DNA of 64,000 nt from Anaeromyxobacteraceae bacterium (GTDB lineage Bacteria; Myxococcota; Myxococcia; Myxococcales; Anaeromyxobacteraceae). Shown in pieces: positions 41,492 to 51,021 of this stretch (the stretch's first letter is position 1; every line of letters starts with the position of its first letter). The stretch spans positions 1-64,000 of the forward strand of contig JASGHJ010000002.1 in NCBI GenBank assembly GCA_047602405.1, given 5' to 3'. A program made the translations under genes and the position numbers. The notes beneath the pieces are model-generated. The model was not told the origin of the DNA. It saw only the letters and a list, made by a program, of their open reading frames with translations, and did no database searches.

Positions 41492-41667
41492 GCGGGACGA
41501 TGGGGCGCACGGGATGGGACATCCCGCGTGCCCATGACGTTCACTCGCACCCCGGGGGTCCGCGCGCACCGGCACGCCGCGTGAGGGCGCCCCGCGCGAG
41601 GCGGGCGTAACTCCTGAGGCACTCGACCGCATGGCGCCCGGCGCATCGCGTGCAACGATCGGCGGGC

Positions 41668-41790
41668 ATGCGCACCCCGATCCCCGTCGACACCGGCCAC
41701 AGGGCCTCCCTCGTCATGGGCGAGGGCGGGCGCTCGGCGTGGTGGGCGTTCGCGCTCGCGGTGGCGATCCTGGCGGCGCTGGCCGCGTGA
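41668..41790 (+). CDS. Putative 40-aa small membrane protein
   Basis: MRTPIPVDTGHRASLVMGEGGRSAWWAFALAVAILAALAA; GG-N10-GC motif at 41640-41653 just upstream. Confidence 0.4.
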   Translation: MRTPIPVDTGHRASLVMGEGGRSAWWAFALAVAILAALAA

Positions 41791-41792
41791 GC

Positions 41793-41901
41793 GTCCCTCG
41801 TCTCCGGGCCCGCTGACGCGGGCCCTACGCTCGGGACGAACGGAAGTAGGACCGGTGGGCCGAAGGTCGAGGGAAGTAGGACCGGTGGGCCGAAGGTCGA
41901 G
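41793..41901 (-). repeat. Family-A REP (41793-41843) plus a 30-bp direct tandem duplication (41842-41901)
   Basis: GTCCCTCGTCTCCG-[hairpin]-CTACGCTCGGGACGAACGG; GGAAGTAGGACCGGTGGGCCGAAGGTCGAG x2. Confidence 0.85.
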
Positions 41902-41916
41902 GCAGGAAGACCGGAC

Positions 41917-42786
41917 TCAGCGCCAGATCGAGCCGGCGTCGCGCGTGTCCTTGCGGTGGTCGTGCTTCGGGTCGACCCGCACGAACGAGCACATCTCGTT
42001 GAGCCTGGAGTAGATGCGGTCGCCCACGCGCTGCGCGAGGGTGATGCTCTCGACGTCGCGCTGGAAGTCGGCGGAGCGGGTGTTCGCGATGCGGCCGGGC
42101 TCCTCGGCGACGACGCGCGACTCGAGGAAGTAGTTCGTCGCGAAGAGCGTCGCGAGGCCGGAGTTGTAGCGGCGGCTGATGAGCTCGTCGAGCATCGACC
42201 GCTCCCAGTCGGTGCCGCGCTCCTTGCCGAGCTCGTCGATGGCGAGCACCGGCACCTTCGCGAGCGGCTCCAGGATCTCCATCTGGCTCCGGTTGGCGGC
42301 GAAGCCGGCCCGGATGTCGGAGAGGAGCAGCATGAACTCGACGTAGCGACAGGGCACGCCCTTCTCGAGCGCGAGGTAGCGGAGCGTCGCGACGAGGAGG
42401 TGCGTCTTGCCGGCGCCGGGCGGGCCGAAGAGGAGGTAGCCCTTCGTCGCCGAGTCGCGCCGGAACTTCTTCGCGAAGTCCTGGGCGGCGTTGCGCGCGC
42501 GCTCGTGGTCGAGCGAGTAGACCTTGAAGCTCTCGAAGCTCGCCCTCGCGACGGCGGCCGGGATGCCGACCTGGTTGAAGCTGCGGATGCGCTCGTCGAG
42601 GTGCCGGCAGGCGCACGGCTGGGCGACCGTGGTGCCGCCGCTCGGCACGAGCACGTAGCCGCTCTCGCCGCAGCGCGGGCAGGCGGCCTGGCAGGGGCAG
42701 CGGCGCGCGCGGGCGTTCTGCCCGAGGACCTGGTCGACGAGGTAGCCCGAGCCGCCGCACTCCGCGCATGTATCCGGGGTGGCCAA
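41917..42786 (-). CDS. DnaC/IstB-like AAA+ ATPase with N-terminal Zn-binding Cys motifs
   Basis: CxxC/CxC twice; GPPGAGKTHL; LAIDELG; LFATN; RIYSRL; TTG 42786 lies 8 nt after TAGACT. Confidence 0.85.
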   Translation of the reverse strand: MATPDTCAECGGSGYLVDQVLGQNARARRCPCQAACPRCGESGYVLVPSGGTTVAQPCACRHLDERIRSFNQVGIPAAVARASFESFKVYSLDHERARNAAQDFAKKFRRDSATKGYLLFGPPGAGKTHLLVATLRYLALEKGVPCRYVEFMLLLSDIRAGFAANRSQMEILEPLAKVPVLAIDELGKERGTDWERSMLDELISRRYNSGLATLFATNYFLESRVVAEEPGRIANTRSADFQRDVESITLAQRVGDRIYSRLNEMCSFVRVDPKHDHRKDTRDAGSIWR

Positions 42787-42797
42787 GGCGGCGCAGT

Positions 42798-43469
42798 CTA
42801 CACGGATCCCCGGAGCGGGGTGAGCCCGGCCTCGAGGGCGAGGTCGAGCAGGTGGGCGCGCAGGGCTTCCTTGTGGGCAAGTCTGCTGGTTCCGCGTGGA
42901 CGGCTGCCGCCGAGGAGGCGGACCCGTGCTCCGAGTCCGGCCCGCTCGGGCCGCGGCAGCCCCCGCAGCCACCCCGCGAGGAGCCGGCCGTCGGCCGCGG
43001 AGATGGCGGCGGCGACCCGCTCGAGCGGCGTGCCGGAGAAGGCCTCGACGGTCTCGAGCGCGCGCCACGCGGTGCGGTAGGCGTCGCGGAGCGCCTCGGG
43101 CGCGTCGCGCGAGGCGTCGGCGAGCCGCGCGCGGGCCGCCTCGAGCCGCCGCGCGGCCGCCTCGGCCTCGCCGGGCGGGCCGGGCTGATCCCCCACGCGG
43201 CCGTGCCGGTAGGTGCGCCACTCGTCCTCGACCGCGCCGCGCACCGCGCGCAGCGTCCGCGGCGGACGGGCCTGGCCCTCCTCCGCCAGCCGCTCGAGGC
43301 CGTGGCGGATCCCGCGGCAGACGATCGCCACCGGGATGCCGCGGCGCTCCCACTCGGCCACGAGCTCCTGATCGAGCGGGGAGAGGAGGAGGCCCGAGCC
43401 GCGCAGCGCGAGGAAGTACTCGGCCACGACGAGCGTGTAGTCCAGGCTGTCCTGGGTGAGCTCCGACAC
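42798..43469 (-). CDS. Hypothetical protein, N-terminus DnaD-domain-like
   Basis: YFLALRGSGLLLSPLDQELVAEWERRGIPVAIVCRGI; GTG 6 nt after TAAGCT. Confidence 0.7.
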   Translation of the reverse strand: MSELTQDSLDYTLVVAEYFLALRGSGLLLSPLDQELVAEWERRGIPVAIVCRGIRHGLERLAEEGQARPPRTLRAVRGAVEDEWRTYRHGRVGDQPGPPGEAEAAARRLEAARARLADASRDAPEALRDAYRTAWRALETVEAFSGTPLERVAAAISAADGRLLAGWLRGLPRPERAGLGARVRLLGGSRPRGTSRLAHKEALRAHLLDLALEAGLTPLRGSV

Positions 43470-43497
43470 GGCCGGAGCTTACCGGGTGGGTACGACG

Positions 43498-44547
43498 CTA
43501 TCCCCTGATCGCGAGCGCGACCTGGTGCGCGTCGCCGGGGCGCTTCGCGGGGTCCTTCGCGAGGAGCGCCTCGGCGAGCTCGGCGAGGCGGCCGTCGACG
43601 CCGGGGTTGATCTCGCGGAGCGGCGCCGGGTGGCCGCTCAGGATCTCGCGCCACAGCGTCACCGGATCGCGCGCGGGGCAGGGCGGCACGCCGCCGAGGA
43701 ACTCGTAGAGGATCACGCCGAGGCTGTAGAGGTCGCTCGCGGGGCCGACGGGCCGCGCCTGCGCCTGCTCGGGCGACATGTAGCGGTAGGTGCCGACGAT
43801 GCGGCCGGTCGCGGTGAGCGCCTCGTCGGCCTCGGCGGCCGCCTTGACGAGGCCGAAGTCCATGAGGCGCGCGCGGCGGAGGTCGTCGACCATCACGTTC
43901 GACGGCTTGAGGTCGCGGTGCACGAGCCCGCGGGCGTGCACGTAGGCGAGCGCCTCGGCCACCTGCGAGAGCGCGCCGCGCAGGCGCGCCAGCCGCTCCG
44001 GCCGGTTGAGCGCGAGGAGCGCCTCGGGGCCGGGCGGCGGGATGGGGTCGGTCGAGCCGTCGTCGGCGCGGGTGCGGCCGGCGCCGGGCCAGCGCTCCGG
44101 CTCGGTCTCGGGCTCGTCCATCATCGAGGCGAGCGCGCGGATGGCGGCGGCGCCGCTCGAGGGCTCCCAGGCGGCCTCGCTGGAGCCGAGCTCGAGCGGG
44201 GAGTCCTCCGCAGCGCGCGCGCCCGCGTCGATCTCGGCGGAGAGGTAGGCGCGCAGGTCGAGCCCGAGCACGAGCTCCATCGCCAGGTAGGAGTACCCCT
44301 CCGCCACCCCCGCGTCGAAGACCTTCACGACGTTCGGGTGATCGAGGGTGCGGAGCACCTCGAACTCGCGGGCGAGGCGGCGGGCGGCGGTCGCATCGAC
44401 CGCGGGTGAAGGTCCGAGCACCTTCACCGCGGCCTCCCGGCCGTCCACGTGGTGGCGCCCCCGGTACACGGTACCGATCCCGCCGCGCCCGAGGACGGAC
44501 AGGATCTCGTACGGGCCGATGTGACGCGGAGGCACGATCCGCAGCAT
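43498..44547 (-). CDS. Hanks-type Ser/Thr protein kinase
   Basis: LGRGGIGTV, AVK, HRDLKPSN, DFG, GTYRYMSPEQ, DLYSLG. Confidence 0.95.
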   Translation of the reverse strand: MLRIVPPRHIGPYEILSVLGRGGIGTVYRGRHHVDGREAAVKVLGPSPAVDATAARRLAREFEVLRTLDHPNVVKVFDAGVAEGYSYLAMELVLGLDLRAYLSAEIDAGARAAEDSPLELGSSEAAWEPSSGAAAIRALASMMDEPETEPERWPGAGRTRADDGSTDPIPPPGPEALLALNRPERLARLRGALSQVAEALAYVHARGLVHRDLKPSNVMVDDLRRARLMDFGLVKAAAEADEALTATGRIVGTYRYMSPEQAQARPVGPASDLYSLGVILYEFLGGVPPCPARDPVTLWREILSGHPAPLREINPGVDGRLAELAEALLAKDPAKRPGDAHQVALAIRG

Positions 44548-44660
44548 AGGGGGCTCGAGAAGCCCTCCGCAAACCCGCGGCCGCCGGCGACCCGTCCCGC
44601 GCGGACCCCGGGTTCGTACGGACGGGGACCCCTGCGGTTTCCCGTGCTATAAGCCCGCGC

Positions 44661-45422
44661 GTGACCGGGGACCCGACCGTGGCGGAGCTCGAGGCGCGGG
44701 TGAAGGCGCGCCCGCTGCCCGCGCACGTCGCCATCATCATGGACGGGAACGGCCGCTGGGCCGAGGCGCGCGGGCTCCCCCGCGTGGCTGGCCACCGGGA
44801 GGGCGCCGAGGCCGTGCGGGCCGTCACCCGCACCGCCCGCCGGGTGGGGCTGAAGTGCCTCACGCTCTACGCCTTCAGCGCGGAGAACTGGGCGCGCCCG
44901 GAGGACGAGGTCGGCGCGCTCATGGAGCTCCTCGCCGACTTCCTCGAGAGCGAGCGCCCCGAGATGATGGAGAACGGCATCCGCCTCGAGGCGATCGGCG
45001 ACCTCGGGCGGCTGCCCCCGCGCGTGCAGGCGAAGCTCGCCTCGGTGCGCGAGGAGACCTCGCGCAACACCGGCATGATCCTCGACCTCGCGCTCTCCTA
45101 CGGCGGCCAGCAGGAGCTCGTGCAGGCCGCGCGCAGGGCCGCCGCCGAGAAGGGCGCCGCGCTCGAGGCCGCCGACCTCGAGAAGCACCTGTGGACGGCC
45201 GCGCTCCCGCCGCTCGACCTCCTCGTGCGCACGAGCGGCGAGCGCCGCATCTCGAACTTCCTCCTCTGGCAGTGCGCGTACGCCGAGCTCCTCTTCTCCG
45301 AGGTGCTCTGGCCGGACTTCCGCGACCGCGAGCTGCTCATGGCCGTGCAGGACTTCCAGGGCCGCCAGCGGCGCTTCGGCCTCACCACCGCCCAGGTCGA
45401 AGACGGCAGGGGGCCGGTCTAG
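44661..45422 (+). CDS. uppS: Isoprenyl transferase (undecaprenyl-PP synthase)
   Basis: HVAIIMDGNGRWA; YAFSAENW; RTSGERRISNFLLWQ. Confidence 0.97.
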   Translation: MTGDPTVAELEARVKARPLPAHVAIIMDGNGRWAEARGLPRVAGHREGAEAVRAVTRTARRVGLKCLTLYAFSAENWARPEDEVGALMELLADFLESERPEMMENGIRLEAIGDLGRLPPRVQAKLASVREETSRNTGMILDLALSYGGQQELVQAARRAAAEKGAALEAADLEKHLWTAALPPLDLLVRTSGERRISNFLLWQCAYAELLFSEVLWPDFRDRELLMAVQDFQGRQRRFGLTTAQVEDGRGPV

Positions 45423-46259
45423 ATGGCGCTCGACGCCTCGAACCGCAGGAACCTCGTCACCCGGATCGTCACGGCCCTCGTGCTCCTGCCGTCGGCGGTC
45501 TGGCTCACCTGGCTCGGCGGCCTGCCGTTCGCGATCCTCGCCAGCGTCGCCGCCGCGATCATGGCGGGCGAGCTCATCCTCATGTTCGGCGGGCGCGGCG
45601 CGCCGGCGGGCCTGGGCGCGGCGGTGGCGGGCGCGTTCCCGCTCGCGACCCTCGCCGCGCCGCACGGGCAGCTCCTCCCGGGCTGGTTCCCGATCGCCCT
45701 CGCGTTCGCGACCATCCTGGTGATGGTGCTGTTCCTCCTTCGCGACGCGCCGCTCGAGGAGATCCCGCGCGGCCTGTCCATCGTCGGCCTGTCGTGGCTC
45801 TACTGCGGGCTCCTCCTCACCCCGCTCGCCGGGCTGCGGGATCACCTGCCCCACGGCTTCGGCTGGGTGGTGCTCGCGTTCCTCGCCACGTGGGGCAACG
45901 ACACCTTCGCGTACTTCGCGGGCCACCTCCTCGGGAAGCACAAGCTCGCGCCGCGCATCTCGCCCAAGAAGACCTGGGAGGGCTTCTTCGGCGGCGTCCT
46001 CGGCAGCCTGGTGGGCACCTCGCTCGTCTGGTGGCTGCTCCTGCGGGACCAGCTCGGGTTCGCCGACGTGGCCGCCCTCGCGGGCGGCGCGTCCGTGCTC
46101 GGGCCGCTCGGGGACCTCGCCGAGTCGCTGCTCAAGCGCGCGGCCGGGGTGAAGGACTCGTCGCAGATCGTCCCCGGCCACGGCGGGTTGCTCGACCGGG
46201 TCGACGCGCTCCTCTTCGTGGGGCCCTGGGTCTACCTGTACGCCGCGTACCTGAGGTAG
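45423..46259 (+). CDS. cdsA: Phosphatidate cytidylyltransferase
   Basis: ISPKKTWEG; KDSSQIVPGHGGLLDRVD. Confidence 0.97.
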   Translation: MALDASNRRNLVTRIVTALVLLPSAVWLTWLGGLPFAILASVAAAIMAGELILMFGGRGAPAGLGAAVAGAFPLATLAAPHGQLLPGWFPIALAFATILVMVLFLLRDAPLEEIPRGLSIVGLSWLYCGLLLTPLAGLRDHLPHGFGWVVLAFLATWGNDTFAYFAGHLLGKHKLAPRISPKKTWEGFFGGVLGSLVGTSLVWWLLLRDQLGFADVAALAGGASVLGPLGDLAESLLKRAAGVKDSSQIVPGHGGLLDRVDALLFVGPWVYLYAAYLR

Positions 46260-46319
46260 GGCCGGCCCGCCGGGGACGGCCTCGGCGCCGCCCCCGCGAC
46301 CGTGCTAGTAATCCCGCGC

Positions 46320-47474
46320 GTGAAGCGGCTCGCGATCCTCGGCTCCACCGGCTCCATCGGCGTGCAGGCGCTCGACGTCGTGTCGCGCTGCCCCGACCGC
46401 TTCCAGGTCGTCACCCTCGCGGCCGGGAAGAACGTCGACCGGCTCGAGGCCCAGGTGCGGGCGTTCCGGCCGAAGGTCGTGGGCGTCGCCGACGCGGAGG
46501 CCGCGCGCGCCCTGCGCGGCCGGGTCCCGGCCGGCGTCGAGATCGTGCCGGGCGAGGCGGGCGCGGTCGCCGCGGCCCAGCACCCGGACGTCGACCTCGT
46601 GCTCGCCGCGATCTCCGGCGGCGCCGGCCTGCGCTCCACCGCGGCCGCCATCGAGGCCGGCAAGCCGGTCGGGCTCGCGAACAAGGAGTCGATGGTGCTC
46701 GCGGGCGAGCTCCTCATGGCGCGCGCCGCCGCGAAGGGGCTCCCAATCCTGCCGGTCGACTCGGAGCACTCCGCCATCCACCAGTCGCTCGTGGGGCACG
46801 ATCGCGCCTTCGTGCGCCGGCTCATCCTCACCGCGTCGGGCGGGCCGCTCCGCACCATGCCCGCCGGCGAGCTCGCCGCGGTCACGCCGGCCCGGGCGCT
46901 CAAGCACCCGAACTGGTCGATGGGCGACAAGATCACGATCGACTCCGCGACGCTCATGAACAAGGGGCTCGAGGTCATCGAGGCCCGCTGGCTCTTCGGC
47001 GTCGAGCCGAGCCGCATCGACATCGTGGTGCACCCGGAGTCGATCGTGCACTCGATGGTCGAGTACGTGGACGGCTCGATGGTGGCGCAGCTCGGGGTGT
47101 CGGACATGCGCGGGCCGATCAGCTACGCGCTCGCGCACCCGGGGCGCGTCGCGCTCGACTTGAAGCCCCTCGACCTCGCGAAGCTCGGCCGGCTCACCTT
47201 CGAGACCCCCGATCCGGCGCGCTTCCCGGCGTACACGCTCGCCTACCGCGCGCTCGAGCGCGGCGGCACCGCGCCGGCCGCGCTGTCCGGCGCGGACGAG
47301 GCCGCGGTGGCGGCGTTCCTCGCCGGGCGGTGCCGGTTCACCGACATCGCGGACGTGTGCGCCGCGGTGCTCGAGGCCCACCCGGTGGAGCCCGTCCGGT
47401 CGGTGGAGCAGGCCCTCGAGGCGAGCGAGTGGGGCCGCCGCGAGGCCGAGAAGCGCGTCTCCCGCCGGGTCTAG
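46320..47474 (+). CDS. dxr: 1-deoxy-D-xylulose-5-phosphate reductoisomerase
   Basis: KRLAILGSTGSIG; LANKES; LPVDSEHSAI; HPNWSMG; NKGLEVIEA. Confidence 0.98.
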   Translation: MKRLAILGSTGSIGVQALDVVSRCPDRFQVVTLAAGKNVDRLEAQVRAFRPKVVGVADAEAARALRGRVPAGVEIVPGEAGAVAAAQHPDVDLVLAAISGGAGLRSTAAAIEAGKPVGLANKESMVLAGELLMARAAAKGLPILPVDSEHSAIHQSLVGHDRAFVRRLILTASGGPLRTMPAGELAAVTPARALKHPNWSMGDKITIDSATLMNKGLEVIEARWLFGVEPSRIDIVVHPESIVHSMVEYVDGSMVAQLGVSDMRGPISYALAHPGRVALDLKPLDLAKLGRLTFETPDPARFPAYTLAYRALERGGTAPAALSGADEAAVAAFLAGRCRFTDIADVCAAVLEAHPVEPVRSVEQALEASEWGRREAEKRVSRRV

Positions 47475-47483
47475 CATCCGACC

Positions 47484-47515
47484 CCGTTCGCCCTGAGCCC
47501 GTCGAAGGGCGAACG
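47484..47515 (+). repeat. Short family-A REP lacking the central hairpin
   Basis: CCGTTCGCCCTGAGCCCGTCGAAGGGCGAACG. Confidence 0.7.
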
Positions 47516-47553
47516 ATCGAGCGCCGGGGGCCGGTCCGGGCTAACTTGTCGGG

Positions 47554-49230
47554 ATGCCGGACGTCCTCGTGAAGGTCGCCTCCATCGTCGTCCTCCTGGG
47601 CGGCCTCATCTTCGTCCACGAGCTCGGGCACTTCCTCGTCGCGAAGCTGCTGCGCGTGAAGGTGGTGCGCTTCTCGATCGGGTTCGGGCCCCGCCTGTTC
47701 GGGTTCACCCGCGGGGAGACGGAGTACCGGATCGCGGCGCTCCCGCTCGGCGGCTACGTGAAGATGGCGGGCGACGACCCGACCGAGGAGGTCGCCCCGG
47801 AGGACGTCGGCCGCGGCTTCCTCGAGCAGGCCCCCTGGAAGCGGCTCGTCATCGCGCTCGCGGGGCCGGTCGCGAACCTGGTCTTCCCCGGCGTCATCTT
47901 CATCTCGCTCTTCCTCGCCCAGAACGGGAACCCGGTGCCGGCGCCGGTGGTGGGCACCGTGACCCCCGGCTCGCCCGCGGAGCAGGCGGGCCTGCGGCCG
48001 GGCGACCGCATCCTCTCCGTCGCGCCCCCGGGCGGCGCCGCCGTGCCGGTCCGGTACCACGGCGACGTGCGCGAGCTCGTGTCGCCTCACCCGGGCGAGG
48101 CCCTCACGCTGCGCGTCGAGCGCGACGGCAAGGAGCTCCCGCCGCTCACGCTCGTGCCCGCGCCCATCGAGGACACGAGCCCGGTCGAGACCACCCGGCG
48201 CGGCGTCATCGGCATCGGCTTCATGTATACCGCCGCGGTCGTCGCGCCGCCCGCCCCCGGCGCGGCCGGGCCGCTCGAGGCGTTCGACGTCGTCACCCAG
48301 GCCGGCGGGAAGCCCATCCGCCACATGGCCGACCTCGACCGCGCGCTCGCGGCGGCGGCGTGCCGGCCGCTCGATCTCCAGGTGCTGCGCGAGAAGCCCC
48401 TCCCGATGCCGGGCGCGGTGCTCGCCGACTTCGAGCCCGTGAACCTCGCCGCCGTCCCGACCTGCGACGGCGCCGGCAAGCGCACAATCCAGCCCGCCGA
48501 CGAGGAGGTCTCGACCTTCATCGCCTCGGTCACGCCGGGGAGCCCCGCCGAGAAGGCGGGCCTGCGCCGCGGCGACGCGCTCGTCTCGGTGAACGGGAAG
48601 CCGGTGCGGACCTTCCGCGAGGTGAACACCGTCGGCCGCGAGTTCCTCGCCGGCAAGCCCGTCGAGCTCGCGCTCCTCGACGGCCGGACCGTGTCGATCC
48701 TCCCGTCCACCGAGGGCTACGTCGACGAGCTCACGAAGGAGAAGAAGGAGCGGGTCGTCATCGGGTTCGCACCCGACCGGCGCAACGCCGTCGATCCGAA
48801 GCAGCTCCTCGTGCCGGAGGTCAACCTCGTCCGGCCGCTCGGCGAGATCATGTCGCTCGCGGTGAGCCAGCTCACCGCGGTCGTCCGGCTCATGGTGCTC
48901 GGCATCGGCCGCATCTTCACCGGGGACATCTCGTTCAAGACGGTGGGCGGGCCGATCATGCTGTTCCAGATCGCGAGCGAGGCCGCGGAGGAGGGGCTCG
49001 GCGAGTTCCTGTTCCAGATGGCGCTCATCAGCGTGAACCTGGGGCTCATGAACCTGTTGCCGATCCCGGTGCTCGACGGCGGCCACATCACCCAGGCGCT
49101 CGTGGAGTCGATCACGCGCCGGCCGCTCTCCCTCCGGGCGCGCGAGGTCGCGAACGTGATCGGGCTCGTCCTGCTCGTCACGCTCATGATCTTCGTCTTC
49201 AAGAACGACATCGTGCGGCTGATCGGGTAA
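47554..49230 (+). CDS. rseP: RIP metalloprotease RseP with multiple PDZ domains
   Basis: HELGH; NLLPIPVLDGG; SPAEQAGLRPGD-type PDZ motifs. Confidence 0.95.
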   Translation: MPDVLVKVASIVVLLGGLIFVHELGHFLVAKLLRVKVVRFSIGFGPRLFGFTRGETEYRIAALPLGGYVKMAGDDPTEEVAPEDVGRGFLEQAPWKRLVIALAGPVANLVFPGVIFISLFLAQNGNPVPAPVVGTVTPGSPAEQAGLRPGDRILSVAPPGGAAVPVRYHGDVRELVSPHPGEALTLRVERDGKELPPLTLVPAPIEDTSPVETTRRGVIGIGFMYTAAVVAPPAPGAAGPLEAFDVVTQAGGKPIRHMADLDRALAAAACRPLDLQVLREKPLPMPGAVLADFEPVNLAAVPTCDGAGKRTIQPADEEVSTFIASVTPGSPAEKAGLRRGDALVSVNGKPVRTFREVNTVGREFLAGKPVELALLDGRTVSILPSTEGYVDELTKEKKERVVIGFAPDRRNAVDPKQLLVPEVNLVRPLGEIMSLAVSQLTAVVRLMVLGIGRIFTGDISFKTVGGPIMLFQIASEAAEEGLGEFLFQMALISVNLGLMNLLPIPVLDGGHITQALVESITRRPLSLRAREVANVIGLVLLVTLMIFVFKNDIVRLIG

Positions 49231-49242
49231 ACCCCCGTCCGC

Positions 49243-49995
49243 ATGCTGATCGCGGCCCTGGATACGGCGACCCTCGCGCTCTCCAGCGCGCTCGTGGAGC
49301 TCGCCCCCGGTGCGGAGCCCCGGGTCGTGCGCGCGCGCACCGAGCACGCGCCGGCGAAGCCCGGGCCGGGCCAGGTCGGTGGGCACGGGCACCGGCTGCC
49401 GGGCATCCTGACCGACCTCCTCGCGGAGGCGGGCCTCGAGCTGTCCGCGATCGAGGGCTACGCGATCGGGATCGGGCCGGGATCGTTCACCGGGCTGCGC
49501 ATCGGGCTCGCGACGTGGAAGGGGCTCGCGTACGCCGCGCGCCGGCCGCTCGCGGGCGCGTCCAGCCTCGCGGCGATGGCGCTCGCGGCCGCGCGGACCG
49601 CGCCCGCGGGCACGCTCCTCGTGCCCGCGCTCGACGCGAAGAAGAACGAGGTCTACGCCGGGTTCTACCGGGCCGCCGCGGGGCGCGTGGAGGCGGCCGC
49701 CCCGGAGGCGGCGCTGCCGGCGGCGGCGCTCGCCGGGCGGCTCGAGGCCGAGCCGGGCGCGGTCGTGTTCGGGCCGGGGCGCGAGGCCTACGCGGCCGCG
49801 CTGGAGCCCTTCGCGCGGCCGGGTGCGGAGGTCGCGCACCCCGGCGCCGTCGAGATCGCCGCGCTCGCGGCGCCGAGGCTCCTCGGGGTCGCGTTCGACC
49901 CGCAGGCGATCTTCGCGCTCGAGCCGCACTACGTCCGCGCGAGCGAGGCGGAGCTCAAGTTCCCGCACGGGCTCGGGCCGGGGGCGGGGAAGTAG
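49243..49995 (+). CDS. tsaB: tRNA threonylcarbamoyladenosine biosynthesis protein TsaB
   Basis: LDTAT; GPGSFTGLRIG; DAKKNEVY; PHYVR. Confidence 0.95.
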   Translation: MLIAALDTATLALSSALVELAPGAEPRVVRARTEHAPAKPGPGQVGGHGHRLPGILTDLLAEAGLELSAIEGYAIGIGPGSFTGLRIGLATWKGLAYAARRPLAGASSLAAMALAAARTAPAGTLLVPALDAKKNEVYAGFYRAAAGRVEAAAPEAALPAAALAGRLEAEPGAVVFGPGREAYAAALEPFARPGAEVAHPGAVEIAALAAPRLLGVAFDPQAIFALEPHYVRASEAELKFPHGLGPGAGK

Positions 49996-49996
49996 C

Positions 49997-50046
49997 GTCC
50001 CTCGACTCCGGCCCGCCTTCGGCGGGCCTACGCTCGGGATGAACGG
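49997..50046 (-). repeat. REP-like element, family A
   Basis: GTCCCTCGACTCCG-[hairpin]-CTACGCTCGGGATGAACGG. Confidence 0.85.
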
Positions 50047-50093
50047 ATCCGGTTCGCATGGCGCAGTGCCCCGCCCACGCTTAGCCTCGCCCC

Positions 50094-51005
50094 ATGCACG
50101 TCTTCCTCACCGGCGCGACCGGGCTCATCGGGCGCCACCTCGCGGCGGCGCTCGTCGCGCGCGGCGACTCGGTCACCGGCCTCTCCCGCAGCCCGGGCGG
50201 CGCGGCGAGGCTCGCGAAGGGCGCCTCGCCCGTCGTGGGCGATCCGTCCGCGCCGGGCGCCTGGCAGGACGTCCTCGCGAAGGCCGACGCCTGCGTGCAC
50301 CTCGCGGGCGATCCGATCGTGGAGGGCCGCTGGACCGACGAGAAGAAGCGGCGCATCCGCGAAAGCCGGGTGGTGTCGACCGGCCTCGTCGCGGAGACGA
50401 TCGCGAAGGGCGGGCCGGGCGTGCTCGTGTCGGGGAGCGCGGTCGGCTGGTACGGCGACCGCGGCGACGAGGTGCTCGACGAGGGCGCCGCCGCGGGCAA
50501 GGGCTTCCTGCCGGACGTCTTGCAGGGCGTGGGAGGACGCCGCCGCGCCCGCCGCGGGCCGCGCGCGGACGGTGCTCCTGCGCACCGGGATCGTGCTCTC
50601 GCCGGAGGGCGGGGCGCTGCCGCCGCTCGTCCTGCCGTTCAGGCTCTTCGCCGGCGGGCCGCTCGGGAGCGGCCGGCACTGGCAGCCCTGGGTCCACCTC
50701 GCCGACATGGTCCGGCTCGTCCTGTTCGCGCTCGACGACGCGCGCGTCCGCGGCCCGCTCAACTGCGCGGGACCCGAGCCGGTCCAGAACAGGGAGCTCG
50801 CCCGCGCCATCGGAAGACGCTGCACCGGCCGAGCTTCATGCCCGCGCCCGAGCTCGCCATCCGGGCCGCGCTCGGCGAGGCCGCGGCGGTCGTGCTCGCG
50901 AGCCAGCGGGTCGTGCCGAAGAAGGCCCTCGACCTCGGGTTCCGCTTCGAGTACCCCACGATCGACGCCGCGCTCCGGGACCTGCTCGGGAGCCGCGCGG
51001 CGTAA
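50094..51005 (+). CDS. TIGR01777-family NAD-dependent epimerase-like protein with two compensating frameshifts
   Basis: TGATGLIG, HLAG, SAVGWYG, LASQRVVP; the conserved middle (RTGIVL...GGPLGSGRHWQPWVH) is in another frame between ~50520 and ~50813. Confidence 0.88.
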   Translation: MHVFLTGATGLIGRHLAAALVARGDSVTGLSRSPGGAARLAKGASPVVGDPSAPGAWQDVLAKADACVHLAGDPIVEGRWTDEKKRRIRESRVVSTGLVAETIAKGGPGVLVSGSAVGWYGDRGDEVLDEGAAAGKGFLPDVLQGVGGRRRARRGPRADGAPAHRDRALAGGRGAAAARPAVQALRRRAARERPALAALGPPRRHGPARPVRARRRARPRPAQLRGTRAGPEQGARPRHRKTLHRPSFMPAPELAIRAALGEAAAVVLASQRVVPKKALDLGFRFEYPTIDAALRDLLGSRAA

Positions 51006-51021
51006 GGACCGGAGCCCAAGC

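Noticed and set aside
41917..42786. IS21 element (istB)
   Set aside because: No istA transposase or terminal inverted repeats nearby.
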